This document shows positions 1-11,630 of a stretch of 64,000 nt of DNA, in pieces (position 1 is the stretch's first letter; each line of letters starts with the position of its first letter). Both the position numbers and the translations under genes were made by a program. Origin of the DNA: an uncultured Gemmatimonadales bacterium. GTDB taxonomy: Bacteria > Gemmatimonadota > Gemmatimonadetes > Gemmatimonadales > GWC2-71-9. The notes beneath the pieces were generated by a model that did no database searches, was not told the origin of the DNA, and saw only the letters and a program-made list of their open reading frames with translations. Where the stretch lies: positions 215,863-279,862 of the forward strand of contig CAWHFW010000004.1 of NCBI GenBank assembly GCA_963828735.1, written 5' to 3'.

Positions 1-672
1 GGCGCGGCTCAGGCGGCGTATCGGCGCCTGGTGGACCACCCCGATCTCCTGCCGTATTACCAGTCGGCGAGCCCGCTCGAAGAGATCTCGCTCCTCAATC
101 TCGGCTCACGCCCCGCGAGGCGCTTCGGCGCGCGCTCCCTGGGTGATCTCCGCGCGATCCCCTGGGTGTTCGCCTGGTCCCAGAATCGCCACTTCGTGCC
201 GGGATGGTACGGGGTCGGGAGCGGCATCCTCACGTTTCTGCAGGTGCGCGGGCAACGGGGCGCCGCGCTGATCCAGCGCATGTCCACCGAGTCGCGGCTG
301 TTTCGTTTGATCGCGGATGAGGTCGAGAAGACGCTGTGCTACGTGGATCTCGAAACAGCCAGGGAGTACGCCGCGCTGGTGCCGGACGAGCGCGCGCGCG
401 ACGCGATCTTCCCGATGATCGAGGAGGAGTACCATCGGACCGTCGAGGCGGTGCTTCGGATCAGCGGCGGTCCGGAGCTGGCGCACCGGTTTCCCCGCTT
501 CCGTCGCAAGCTGGCCCGACGTCTCCCGACCCTGAACCAGATCTCCCGGCAGCAGATCGAGCTGCTCCGGCGCTTCCGGGAAACGGGCGGGGACACGTCC
601 CAGGAGGAACTGCTCTCGGCGCTACTCCTGTCCATCAACTGCATCGCGGCGGGGTTCGGGGCGACAGGGTAA
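1..672 (+). CDS. ppc: Phosphoenolpyruvate carboxylase, C-terminal part (5' end outside window)
   Basis: Motifs LNLGSRPARR, LRAIPWVFAWSQNR, PGWYGVG and C-terminal SINCIAAGFGATG. Confidence 0.93.
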   Translation, partial: GAAQAAYRRLVDHPDLLPYYQSASPLEEISLLNLGSRPARRFGARSLGDLRAIPWVFAWSQNRHFVPGWYGVGSGILTFLQVRGQRGAALIQRMSTESRLFRLIADEVEKTLCYVDLETAREYAALVPDERARDAIFPMIEEEYHRTVEAVLRISGGPELAHRFPRFRRKLARRLPTLNQISRQQIELLRRFRETGGDTSQEELLSALLLSINCIAAGFGATG

Positions 673-704
673 GACGGCGGAACCGCTGGGGCCAGCCTCA
701 ACGA

Positions 705-737
705 GAAGGGGCCATGCGTGCGACGCATGGCCCCTTC
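705..737. terminator. Perfect 15-bp stem-loop between convergent ppc and rlmN, probable bidirectional terminator
   Basis: GAAGGGGCCATGCGT-gcg-ACGCATGGCCCCTTC. Confidence 0.75.
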
Positions 738-782
738 GCTTCGCTCGGCCGGGCTCACTTCCCGGCGACGCTCGGCACGCGT

Positions 783-1874
783 CTACTCGGGCTGACCGAC
801 CCCGGCCGCCGCTTGGCGCTTCCGCTCCGTCGCCACCCGGAGCTGCCCGCACGCGGCATCGATGTCGAGCCCGCGACTCCTTCGCACCGTGGCCTCGACG
901 CCTTGGTTGCGCAGGCGGCCCGCGAAGGCGCGGATGCGGTCGGGGCCCGTGGGCGTCAGGTCCGGTGCGCCGCCAGGATGGAGCGGAAGGATGTTAACCA
1001 GCGCTCCGAGGCCCCGGGCGAGCTTGGCGAGCCGGTCGGCATCGGCGTCGCGATCGTTGACCCCGCCGATCATCACGTATTCGAAGGTCACCCGCTTCCT
1101 GAACGCCCCCGCGGCGCGGAGCACGGCCGCGAGGTCGTATTTCTTCTCGATCGGCATGATGCCCAGCCGCTGCGGCGACGTGGTCGCATGCAGCGAGATG
1201 GCGAGGCGGAACTGCTCGGGACGCCGGGCGAAGGCCTCGAGCCCCGGCAGGATCCCCACGGTCGAGACCGTGATGTGGCGAGCACCGATCCCGAGGCCGT
1301 CGGGAGAGTTGAGGATCGTGAGCGCCGTGTCCACCGCGGGCCAGTTGAGCAGGGGCTCGCCCATGCCCATGAAGACGACATTGGTCGGCACGTCGTCCGG
1401 ATTCCTGAGCACGATCTCGCGCACCTGTCCCACGATCTCGAACGCGGAGAGGTTGCGCCGAAAGCCCATCCGACCCGTCGCGCAGAACGAGCAGCGCAGC
1501 GCGCAGCCCGCCTGTGACGAGATGCAAAGCGTCCGTCGCGATCCTGAGGGAATGAGCACCGATTCGATCGCCTCGCCGTCCGCGAGCCGCCAGAGGAACT
1601 TTCGGGTGCCGTCCTCCGAGAGCTGCTCCACCTCCGCGGTCAGTCGGCCCAGCGGAAAGGCACGCTCCAGTTCGTCGCGAAGCGCGAGGGGCAGGTCGGT
1701 GGCCTCACGCCACGTACTGACCGGCGCCTGCCACAGACGGCGGAAGATCTGGCTCACCCGGTAGGCCGGCAGGCCCTTGCCTCGGACCCAGGCGGCCAGG
1801 TCCCCGCGGGCGGCGGCCGGCGGCCGGTCGAGGAGATCTGGCGCCGGAGAAGATGGCTGAGAGGCGATGCTCAT
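783..1874 (-). CDS. rlmN: 23S rRNA (A2503)/tRNA C2-methyltransferase RlmN (radical SAM)
   Basis: CISSQAGCALRCSFC (CxxxCxxC), MGMGEP, DIDAACGQL; start set at ATG 1874 (MSIASQ). Confidence 0.95.
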   Translation of the reverse strand: MSIASQPSSPAPDLLDRPPAAARGDLAAWVRGKGLPAYRVSQIFRRLWQAPVSTWREATDLPLALRDELERAFPLGRLTAEVEQLSEDGTRKFLWRLADGEAIESVLIPSGSRRTLCISSQAGCALRCSFCATGRMGFRRNLSAFEIVGQVREIVLRNPDDVPTNVVFMGMGEPLLNWPAVDTALTILNSPDGLGIGARHITVSTVGILPGLEAFARRPEQFRLAISLHATTSPQRLGIMPIEKKYDLAAVLRAAGAFRKRVTFEYVMIGGVNDRDADADRLAKLARGLGALVNILPLHPGGAPDLTPTGPDRIRAFAGRLRNQGVEATVRRSRGLDIDAACGQLRVATERKRQAAAGVGQPE

Positions 1875-2030
1875 CGTGTTGAAAACTAACATCATAGCCG
1901 GCCGACGTGTGGCTCCGTCCGAACCGGGACGCCAAGGCCGAGCGGGCCCGGCGCCCCGCCGGAGAACCACCCCGCGGGATCCCCGTGGACACCCCTGCGC
2001 AAGGAGCCTAACTCCCGTTCATTCCTCGCA

Positions 2031-2059
2031 TTGCTCCCCCTCTGGCCGCCGGTTACGTT
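2031..2059 (+). promoter_or_regulatory. Putative sigma70 promoter for the PTS IIA-aspS operon
   Basis: TTGCTC-N17-TACGTT, 26 nt before GTG 2086. Confidence 0.45.
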
Positions 2060-2085
2060 TGTCCAATGCACCGCCTAGCCGTGCT

Positions 2086-2541
2086 GTGCTCCTGACCGAG
2101 TTGCTCTCGCCGGACCGGGTGGTGGTGCCGCTGCTGGCCGATGACAGGCAGACAGCCATCGCAACGCTCACGCGCAAGCTCGCCGAGCTGGCGGGCGCCG
2201 GGTATGACGAGGTGCTGGACGCGGTGCTCGAGCGCGAGTCCGTCCAGAGCACCGGTATAGGCTTCGGCGTCGCCATTCCGCACGGTCGGTGCGCCGCGGT
2301 CCGCGAGCTCACCATGGTGGCCGGGGTGAGTCCCGCGCCCGTGCCGTTCGACGCGATCGACGGGGAGCCGGTGCGGCTGTTCTTCCTCATCGTCGGCCCC
2401 GAGGCATCCGCCGGGCTGCACGTCAAGATCCTGAGTCGAATCGCCCGCCTGGTCCGCCGAGATACGGTGCGCCAGCAACTGGTCGAGGCCACCACCGCCG
2501 ATGCGTTCTACAACGTCATCCTCGACGCCGAAGCGCGTTGA
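2086..2541 (+). CDS. PTS EIIA (PtsN/fructose-mannitol type) protein
   Basis: RESVQSTGIGFGVAIPHGR with the phospho-acceptor His; GTG start. Confidence 0.9.
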   Translation: MLLTELLSPDRVVVPLLADDRQTAIATLTRKLAELAGAGYDEVLDAVLERESVQSTGIGFGVAIPHGRCAAVRELTMVAGVSPAPVPFDAIDGEPVRLFFLIVGPEASAGLHVKILSRIARLVRRDTVRQQLVEATTADAFYNVILDAEAR

Positions 2542-2575
2542 CCACATCTCCTTTCCGCGTCCATTGGCCGGTAGC

Positions 2576-4345
<1,770 letters not shown>

Positions 4346-4348
4346 CCC

Positions 4349-5302
4349 ATGGCAGACGACAGTCACCATCGCCTATCGGCCGAAGGCGCCGATCCGCTCC
4401 TCTTCGCGGGCGTCAACGACGCGAACCTGCTCGAGCTCCAACGGAGCCTCGGGGTCCGCGTGTCGTTCCGCGGGGATGCCGTCACCCTGACCGGCACGAC
4501 CGAGCAGCTGGAGCGGGCCACGCCCGTCGTGCAAGGGTTGCTGGACCTCGCCCGGATGGGCGAGCCGGTGTCGCCCGACGACGTCGCCCGCCTCGCGGCG
4601 GAGGGACCTCCGGGCGAGCTCCCGGCCCAGCCCAGCGACGGGAAGATCGTGCTGCCGGGCCTTCGCCGGGCCATCGTGCCGAAGACGCAGGGCCAGCGCG
4701 ACTACCTGCAGGCGATCAGCAATCACGACATCGTGGTCGGGATCGGCCCAGCGGGCACGGGCAAGACGTACCTTGCCGTCGCCAAGGCGATCGAGGCCCT
4801 CGCGCGGAAGCGCGTGAAGCGGATCATCCTGGCCCGGCCCGCGGTCGAGGCCGGCGAATCGCTCGGCTTCCTGCCGGGAGATCTGCAGGCCAAGGTGGAT
4901 CCCTACCTGCGGCCCCTGTACGACGCGCTGGAAGACATGATGCCGCATGACCGGGTGCAGCGGGCGCTCGAGACGCGAACCATCGAGATCGCACCGTTGG
5001 CGTACATGCGCGGCCGCACGCTCGCCGACGCCTTCATCATTCTCGACGAGGCGCAGAACGCCACCGGCGCGCAGATGAAGATGTTCCTCACCCGGCTCGG
5101 CGTGAACAGCAAGACCGTCGTGACCGGCGACAAGACGCAGATCGATCTGCCCAAGCGCGAGGACTCGGGCCTGGTGCAGGTGGAGCGGGTGCTGCCGGGC
5201 ATCGAAGGAATCGCCTTCTGCTACCTGCACGAGGCCGACGTGGTGCGGCACCGCCTCGTGCGCGAGATCATCAAGGCCTATGCGGAGGATCAGATCGGTT
5301 GA
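4349..5302 (+). CDS. phoH: PhoH-family ATPase (YbeZ-like)
   Basis: [40 protein letters not shown]. Confidence 0.95.
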   Translation: MADDSHHRLSAEGADPLLFAGVNDANLLELQRSLGVRVSFRGDAVTLTGTTEQLERATPVVQGLLDLARMGEPVSPDDVARLAAEGPPGELPAQPSDGKIVLPGLRRAIVPKTQGQRDYLQAISNHDIVVGIGPAGTGKTYLAVAKAIEALARKRVKRIILARPAVEAGESLGFLPGDLQAKVDPYLRPLYDALEDMMPHDRVQRALETRTIEIAPLAYMRGRTLADAFIILDEAQNATGAQMKMFLTRLGVNSKTVVTGDKTQIDLPKREDSGLVQVERVLPGIEGIAFCYLHEADVVRHRLVREIIKAYAEDQIG

Positions 5303-7500
5303 TGGCCCGCCGGGAGGCGTTTCACGGCCCCACTGGGGAAACGCTGTCCGACCGGATCCGCTACCATGCCATCCGGTGGCTGCCGCTGCTCGCGACGGCC
5401 CTGGTCACGTACGCGCTGTTCCCGCCGCCGGCCGCCGTCCTGTCCCGCGTTCCCGACGTCGGTCAGCGTGCCGAGCGCACCGTCGTGGCACCGTTCCCGT
5501 ATCAGGTGCGCAAGTCCACCGACGAGCTGGCCCGGGAGGGCGAGGCTCGCGCGATGACGGCGCAGCCGGTGTATCGCTTCAGCCCCACCGCGTACGACTC
5601 AGCCATTGCCGCCACGCGGGATTTCTTCGCCGACCTCGACCGTGCCGGCACTCAGAACCCCGAGCTCATGCGTGCCGTGGCCGCGACGCAGGCCCATCTC
5701 GGTCCGGAGGAGACCCGGTTCCTCGCGGATTCGGCCAATCGCCGGGCCATGCGCGAGCTCGTGACGCACTTCCTGGGCGAGTCGCTGTCGCACGGCGTCG
5801 CCGACGCGGGCGTGATTCGCGGCGAGGCGAGCCGGCAGATCACCCTGCGCCGCAACGACGCGGAGCGCGTGGTGGCGCGCGACTCGATCCTCACGTTCGC
5901 CGATCTCATGGAGCAGGCCGAGGTCGCCGGCATCGTCGTCGAGGATCCCGTGGGCCAGCGGACCCTCCGGCGCCTGGTGGGCGCGTTCTACCACCCGACC
6001 ATCGTGCCCGACCCGTTGCTCACGAGCGCGCGCCGCGAGCAGCTGCGGGCGAGCATCGACCCGGTGCGCTTCGGCGTCCGCTCGGGCGAGCGGATCGTGT
6101 CCTCGGGCCAGGCCGTGAGCGAGGAGCAGCGGGCCAAGCTCATCGCGCTGCACCAGGAGCTCGAGCGGCGCGGCTCCCAGGAATTCTGGACTCAGGGTGC
6201 CGTCGGCGGGTTCCTGTACAACGCCCTCGTGCTGAGCGCCTTCTGGCTGCTGTTGGTGTTCTACCGGCCCGAGACGTACGCGGAAGTCCGCGAGATGGCC
6301 TTCTTCGGCGGCCTCCTCACGCTGGTCGTGTTGATCACCGCGGGGACGACGCAGCTGCTGCCGATCCGGCCGGAGATGGTTCCCATCCCGTTCGCCGCGA
6401 TCCTGGTGACCCTCCTCTACAACGGCCGCATCGGGGTATTCGCGGCGCTGACACTCGCGGTGCTTCTGGATGGCCAGTGGGAGCTGCGCGAGACCGGCAT
6501 TCTCTTCTTCGGCCTCATGGGCGGCGTCGCGGGGGCCATCGGCATCCGGGCGGTCCGGCGCCGGCGGCATCTCTACGTCACGGTCGCGGTGGTGGCGGGC
6601 GCGAGCATGCTGGCCTCGCTGACCATCGGCCTCATGCAGGGATGGGGGACGATCACCATCGTGGCGAGCGCGTTCCTGGGTGTGCTCATGGCGCTGGCGA
6701 GCGCCGCGCTCGCGATGCTCGTCACGCCTCTCGCCGAGTCGGCGACCCGCATCACGACGGATCTCACGCTGCTCGAGCTTTCCGACCTGGGCCGGCCGCT
6801 CCTCCGCCGCCTCGCGCTCGAAGCGCCGGGCACGTGGGCGCACAGTCTGGCGATGGCCAACCTCTGCGAGTCCGCCTGCAACATCATCGGAGCGAACGGG
6901 CTGCTCGCGCGCGTCGGCTGCTATTACCATGACATCGGCAAGCTGACGGCGCCCGGGTTCTTCGTCGAGAACCAGGGCGGGGGACCGAATCCGCACGATC
7001 AGCTCCCTCCCGCCGAATCCGCGCGCATCATCCGGCAGCACGTGCTCGACGGCATCGCCCTGGCCGAAACGGCGGGCCTCCCGCCCATCGTACGGTCGTT
7101 CATTCCGGAGCATCACGGGACCACGGAGATCAGCTACTTCCTCGTGCGCGCCCGGCGGGCCTCGCCGAACGGCTTGCCCAACCCATCCGACTACCGCTAT
7201 CCCGGTCCGCGCCCGCAGCGCGCCGAGACGGCGGTCGCCATGCTCGCGGACTCCGCCGAGGCCGCCATCCGCGTGCTGCCCGATCCCACGCCCGACAAGG
7301 TGCGCGAGGCGATCGATCTCCTGGTGCAGCAGAAGCTCGCCTCGGGACAGCTCGAGGACGCGCCGCTCACCCTGCGCGACATCGACCGGGTGAAGCGCGA
7401 ATTCGCCCGCGTGATGTCGGGCACCTACCACAAGCGCATCGGGTATCCCCGTGCCAGCGGCGGCATCACGTCGGAATTCCAGACCGCCGAGCGGCAGTGA
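5302..7500 (+). CDS. 7TM-HD (HDIG) membrane phosphohydrolase, PgpH-like
   Basis: Extracytoplasmic domain, ~7 TM helices, APGTWAHS, YYHDIGK, EHHGT, MLADSAEAA; TGATG coupling to phoH. Confidence 0.9.
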   Translation: MARREAFHGPTGETLSDRIRYHAIRWLPLLATALVTYALFPPPAAVLSRVPDVGQRAERTVVAPFPYQVRKSTDELAREGEARAMTAQPVYRFSPTAYDSAIAATRDFFADLDRAGTQNPELMRAVAATQAHLGPEETRFLADSANRRAMRELVTHFLGESLSHGVADAGVIRGEASRQITLRRNDAERVVARDSILTFADLMEQAEVAGIVVEDPVGQRTLRRLVGAFYHPTIVPDPLLTSARREQLRASIDPVRFGVRSGERIVSSGQAVSEEQRAKLIALHQELERRGSQEFWTQGAVGGFLYNALVLSAFWLLLVFYRPETYAEVREMAFFGGLLTLVVLITAGTTQLLPIRPEMVPIPFAAILVTLLYNGRIGVFAALTLAVLLDGQWELRETGILFFGLMGGVAGAIGIRAVRRRRHLYVTVAVVAGASMLASLTIGLMQGWGTITIVASAFLGVLMALASAALAMLVTPLAESATRITTDLTLLELSDLGRPLLRRLALEAPGTWAHSLAMANLCESACNIIGANGLLARVGCYYHDIGKLTAPGFFVENQGGGPNPHDQLPPAESARIIRQHVLDGIALAETAGLPPIVRSFIPEHHGTTEISYFLVRARRASPNGLPNPSDYRYPGPRPQRAETAVAMLADSAEAAIRVLPDPTPDKVREAIDLLVQQKLASGQLEDAPLTLRDIDRVKREFARVMSGTYHKRIGYPRASGGITSEFQTAERQ

Positions 7501-7507
7501 CGTCGCC

Positions 7508-7909
7508 GTGAGCGGACGTCGCATGCCCCTCCCGGGGACGCTGGTGCGCCGGGTGGTCGAGACCGTGCTCGCGGGAGAGCGTCGCCGCGCCCTGGTCTCG
7601 ATCACCTTTCTCGGCCGCGACGCCATGCGGCGGCTGAATGCCAGCCACACCGGGCACGATCGGCCGACCGACGTCCTCAGCTTCGCCCTGACCGACCCGT
7701 CGGGCGCCACCGTGGGCGACGTCTACGTCTGCGCATGGGTCGCCCGACGTGAGGCGCGGACCCGCCGCATTCCGCTGCGCGAGGAGCTGATTCGCCTCGT
7801 CGTGCACGGCACGCTGCACGCCCTCGGCCGCGACCATCCCGAGGGCGAGCGCCGCACCACCTCGCCCATGTGGCGGCGGCAGGAGCGGTACGTGGACGCG
7901 CTCGCATGA
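7508..7909 (+). CDS. ybeY: rRNA maturation endoribonuclease YbeY
   Basis: PTDVLSF and HGTLHALGRDH metal-binding motif; start uncertain. Confidence 0.9.
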   Translation: MSGRRMPLPGTLVRRVVETVLAGERRRALVSITFLGRDAMRRLNASHTGHDRPTDVLSFALTDPSGATVGDVYVCAWVARREARTRRIPLREELIRLVVHGTLHALGRDHPEGERRTTSPMWRRQERYVDALA

Positions 7910-9102
7910 TGGCCATGCTGCAGCTTTTCATCGCCCCGCTGGTCGCGGCGGGGCTCACGCTCTGGGCGGCATGGCTCGCGCTCGCGGCGGAGTCGGACGC
8001 GGACCTGCCGCGGGCGCTCGGCGGGGAGTTCTCCACCGAGACCGGGGCAGGGACGCTCTCTCGCAATCTGCATGTGGCGCACCTGGCGCTCCTCGTGCTC
8101 GCCGGCGCCGCGGCGGGCGGCGCGGTAGCCTGGTGGGCGCGGCCGCCCGCGGCCGGCCTCGTCCGCCTGACGCTCGCGGTCGGGTTGGTGTGGGTCTTGG
8201 GCGACTTGCTCCCGCGACTCCTCGCGGCCGTGGCGCCCGAGCTCACGGCGCCCGCGAGGCGCGCCGCCGCGGCGACGATGGCGCCGTTCCGGCCGCTCCT
8301 CAGGCTCGCGGCCTGGGCCGACACCCGAGCGCGCATGGCCGCGCCGAGCCAGGCGGCCCATCACGCCGGCGCCGCCGAGCGCGACATGCTTCTCGGCGTC
8401 TTCTCCCTGTCCGACACCACGGTGGCGGAGGTGATGACGCCGCGGATCGACGTCATCGCCGTCGATTCGTCGGCCGATCGCGAGGAAGTGACCGACACGC
8501 TCCGGAGCTCGGAGCACGCGCGCCTCCTCGTCTACGACGGGCACCCGGACGCGGTGGCCGGCGTCATCTACGCGAAGGACATCCTGGCCGCGCGCCCGGA
8601 AAATGAGACGCCGTGGCAGACGCTCATTCGCCCCGCGGCGTTCGTGCCCGAGGGCAAGCCGCTGGACCGGCAGCTCCGCGACTTTCAGCGTGGTCCGAGC
8701 CATCTGGCGGTGGTGGTGGACGAGTTCGGCGGGACCGCCGGGCTGGTCACGCTGGAGGACATTCTCGAGCAGATCGTCGGCGAGATCCAGGACGAGCGCG
8801 ACATCGACGAGGTCGTCCCGATCCAGGTGGTCGCCGAGGACCAGCTCCGCGTCGAGGGCGGCGTGGCGCTGTCCGAGCTCGAGGGCGTCCTCGGTCACAG
8901 CTTCGACCGGGAGGACGTGAGCACGGTCGGGGGGCTGGTGCTCGCAGAGTTCGGTCGGGTGCCGCGCACCGGCGAGGTGATCGACCTCGACGGTTATCGA
9001 CTCATCGTGGAGCAGGTGATCCGGCGCCGGGTGCGACGCGTCGCGGTGTATCGGCCGCCCGTGGAAGCTCCTCTCACCGCGGCCGACCGGGTGCTGCCGT
9101 GA
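7906..9102 (+). CDS. CNNM/CorC-type membrane protein (TM + CBS pair + CorC domain), copy 1
   Basis: EVMTPRID, VVVDEFGGTAGLVTLEDILEQIVGEIQDE, STVGGLV. Confidence 0.88.
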   Translation: MMAMLQLFIAPLVAAGLTLWAAWLALAAESDADLPRALGGEFSTETGAGTLSRNLHVAHLALLVLAGAAAGGAVAWWARPPAAGLVRLTLAVGLVWVLGDLLPRLLAAVAPELTAPARRAAAATMAPFRPLLRLAAWADTRARMAAPSQAAHHAGAAERDMLLGVFSLSDTTVAEVMTPRIDVIAVDSSADREEVTDTLRSSEHARLLVYDGHPDAVAGVIYAKDILAARPENETPWQTLIRPAAFVPEGKPLDRQLRDFQRGPSHLAVVVDEFGGTAGLVTLEDILEQIVGEIQDERDIDEVVPIQVVAEDQLRVEGGVALSELEGVLGHSFDREDVSTVGGLVLAEFGRVPRTGEVIDLDGYRLIVEQVIRRRVRRVAVYRPPVEAPLTAADRVLP

Positions 9103-10289
9103 CCTGGGTGGCCATCGTGGTCGGCGTGATGGTGGCCGCGTTCGGCGCGACCGCCGGGGCGGCGCTGATCACGGTGAGCCGTGCGGAGCTCACCCGCGCC
9201 GTGAGTCGGCGTCTCCGCGGCGCGGCCCCATCGCTCGCGTGGCTCTCCAGGGTCGACAACTATCTCACCGCGGCGTCCGCCACGACGTCCCTCGGCGTCC
9301 TGATCGTCGGCGCGACGCTGCCCGCGCTCGCGGGCTCGGGCGCGCCTCGCGTGATCGTCACCCTCGCCATCCTCGGCGTGCCGCTGGTGCTCGTCGCGGC
9401 CTACCTCGTGCCCCGACGGTTGACCCAGCCCCGCGCGGAAACGGTGGCTGACCGCGTCATCCCGGTGCTCCGCCTCTGGTCCCGCGTCATCGGCCTGCTG
9501 CTGCCGGCCCGGACCGCCACGCGGCCAACTGATCTGCGATCGATCTGGCGCGAGGGCGCGGCGGTCGGTCTTCGGGCCGACGACGAGCTGTTCCTCGTGG
9601 GCGGCGTCATGGCGTTCAGCGTGCGGCCGGTGCGCGAGGTGATGACGCCGCGCACGGAAATCGTCGCCATCGACGAGCACGCGGCGCTCGATGACATCCG
9701 CATGGTCTTCGCCCAGAGCGGCTACAGCCGGATCCCGGTCTATCGCGAGACACTCGACGACATCATCGGGATGCTGCACGCGTTCGACCTGTTTCGCCTT
9801 CAGCCCGGTGATCCGCTGCCGGTGCGTCCGCTGGCGGTGACGCCGGCCAGCCGAGACTGCGGCGACCTGCTGCTCGACATGCAGCGCGAGCGCCGCCACC
9901 TGGCCGTGGTGCTGGACGAGTTCGGCGGCACGCTCGGGATCGCCACGCTGGAGGACCTGCTCGAGGAGCTGGTCGGCGAGATCTTCGACGAGCACGACGA
10001 CGAAGTCCGCGCCTCGCCGACCAGCGGGCCCGCGCTCTTCGAGACCGACGGCAACGTCTCGCCCGAGGCCATCGAGGAGCAGTTCGGCGTGTCGCTCCCC
10101 GAGGGCCGTTCCAGCACGGTGGCGGGACTGCTGGCCGAGTGGGCCGGGCGCATCCCGAACGCGGGCGAGCGCTTCACCGTGCGCGGCCTCGAGTTCGACG
10201 TGCTGCAGGCCTCCCCCACCCGCATCGAGCGAATGCTGATCCGCTCCGGCGCGGCCTCTCCCGTGACGCTCCTGCCGAGCGGTTCGTGA
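9099..10289 (+). CDS. CNNM/CorC-type membrane protein, copy 2
   Basis: GTGA overlap with previous gene; EVMTPRTEI, SGYSRIPVY, VLDEFGGTLGIATLEDLLEELVGEIFDE. Confidence 0.9.
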   Translation: MTWVAIVVGVMVAAFGATAGAALITVSRAELTRAVSRRLRGAAPSLAWLSRVDNYLTAASATTSLGVLIVGATLPALAGSGAPRVIVTLAILGVPLVLVAAYLVPRRLTQPRAETVADRVIPVLRLWSRVIGLLLPARTATRPTDLRSIWREGAAVGLRADDELFLVGGVMAFSVRPVREVMTPRTEIVAIDEHAALDDIRMVFAQSGYSRIPVYRETLDDIIGMLHAFDLFRLQPGDPLPVRPLAVTPASRDCGDLLLDMQRERRHLAVVLDEFGGTLGIATLEDLLEELVGEIFDEHDDEVRASPTSGPALFETDGNVSPEAIEEQFGVSLPEGRSSTVAGLLAEWAGRIPNAGERFTVRGLEFDVLQASPTRIERMLIRSGAASPVTLLPSGS

Positions 10290-11623
10290 CGCACTCCGAC
10301 GACAAGGTCGAACGCATGGTCGACCTGGTACGGACGGGCGAGATCACCGTTTTCGTCCGCCGCGCCCACGACTTCGAGCCGGCCGATCTCGCCGACGTGC
10401 TTTCGGCGCTGGGCGAGCAGGACCGGCTGGCAGTGGTCCAGGCGCTGCCGCCGGAGCTCTCGAGCCAGGCCCTGATCGAGATGCCCCAGGCCGCCCACGC
10501 CGAGGACACGCTCGCAGCGCTCGCGCCGGAGAAGGCGGCGGAGATCGTCGAGGAGCTCGAGGACGACGACGCGGCCGACATCCTGGGCGAGCTCGCACCG
10601 GCCGAGCAGGAGCGCATCCTCTCCACGCTCGAACACCGGGCCGACGTCAAGCGACTGCTGCGCTACGACGAGAAGACCGCCGGCGGCCGGATGACCACGC
10701 ACGTGGTGACCGTGCGCGACACGGCCACCGTCGGCGAGGCGCTCGACGAGATCCGACGGCAGGCGGAGACCGTCAGCGAGTTCTACCAGGTGTTCGTGGT
10801 GGACGCCGAGCGGCGGCTCGTGGGCGTCCTGCCCTTCAAGGATCTGGTGGTGAGCCGCCCGGATCGGCGCGTGCGGGACTTCATGGCGCCGGCCGACGTC
10901 TCCGTGCGGACGGACGCGGACCAGGAGGAGGTGGCCCGCCTGCTCGCGAGGTACAACCTCCCGAGCCTCGCCGTCGTGGACGAGGTCGGGCATCTGCTCG
11001 GCCGCATCACGTTCGACGACGTGATCGACGTCGTGGAGGACGAGTCGACCGAGGACCTGCTGCGCTTCGGCGGCGTCTCCGCGGGCGAGGCGCTCGCGGC
11101 GGGGTGGCGGGAGGCGGTGCGGAGCCGCCTGCCGTGGCTCTACCTGAACCTGCTCACGGCGTTTCTCGCCGGCGGGGTCGTCTACGTCTTCCAGGGCACC
11201 GTGCAGCGCACGGTGGCGCTCGCGGTGTGGATGCCGATCATCGCGGGGATGGGCGGCAACGCCGGCACCCAGGCGCTCGCGGTGACCGTGCGGCGGCTCG
11301 CGCTGGGGCTCATTCCGACCCACCTGTTCGTGCGGGTGGTCGGCAAGGAGGTCCTGGTCGGCATGGTGAACGGTCTCGCGATCGGCGTTGTCGTGGGTCT
11401 CGTCGCCACGATCATGGGCGGCCAGAGCCGCCTCGGCCTCGTCGTCTTCCTCGCGATGTCGGGCAACCTGCTGGTGGCCGGCTTCGCCGGGGGCTTCATC
11501 CCGGTCGTGCTCGAGCGCTACCGGATCGACCCCGCCATCGCCTCGTCCATCTTCGTCACGACCTTCACCGACGTGTGCGGCTTCCTTCTGCTCCTCGGGC
11601 TCGCGGGATGGCTCCTGCTCTGA
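10286..11623 (+). CDS. mgtE: Magnesium transporter MgtE
   Basis: MgtE_N, CBS pair (TAGGRMT), RLPWL, GMGGNAGTQ, DPAIASSIFVTTFTD. Confidence 0.95.
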   Translation: MTHSDDKVERMVDLVRTGEITVFVRRAHDFEPADLADVLSALGEQDRLAVVQALPPELSSQALIEMPQAAHAEDTLAALAPEKAAEIVEELEDDDAADILGELAPAEQERILSTLEHRADVKRLLRYDEKTAGGRMTTHVVTVRDTATVGEALDEIRRQAETVSEFYQVFVVDAERRLVGVLPFKDLVVSRPDRRVRDFMAPADVSVRTDADQEEVARLLARYNLPSLAVVDEVGHLLGRITFDDVIDVVEDESTEDLLRFGGVSAGEALAAGWREAVRSRLPWLYLNLLTAFLAGGVVYVFQGTVQRTVALAVWMPIIAGMGGNAGTQALAVTVRRLALGLIPTHLFVRVVGKEVLVGMVNGLAIGVVVGLVATIMGGQSRLGLVVFLAMSGNLLVAGFAGGFIPVVLERYRIDPAIASSIFVTTFTDVCGFLLLLGLAGWLLL

Positions 11624-11630
11624 CCGCCTA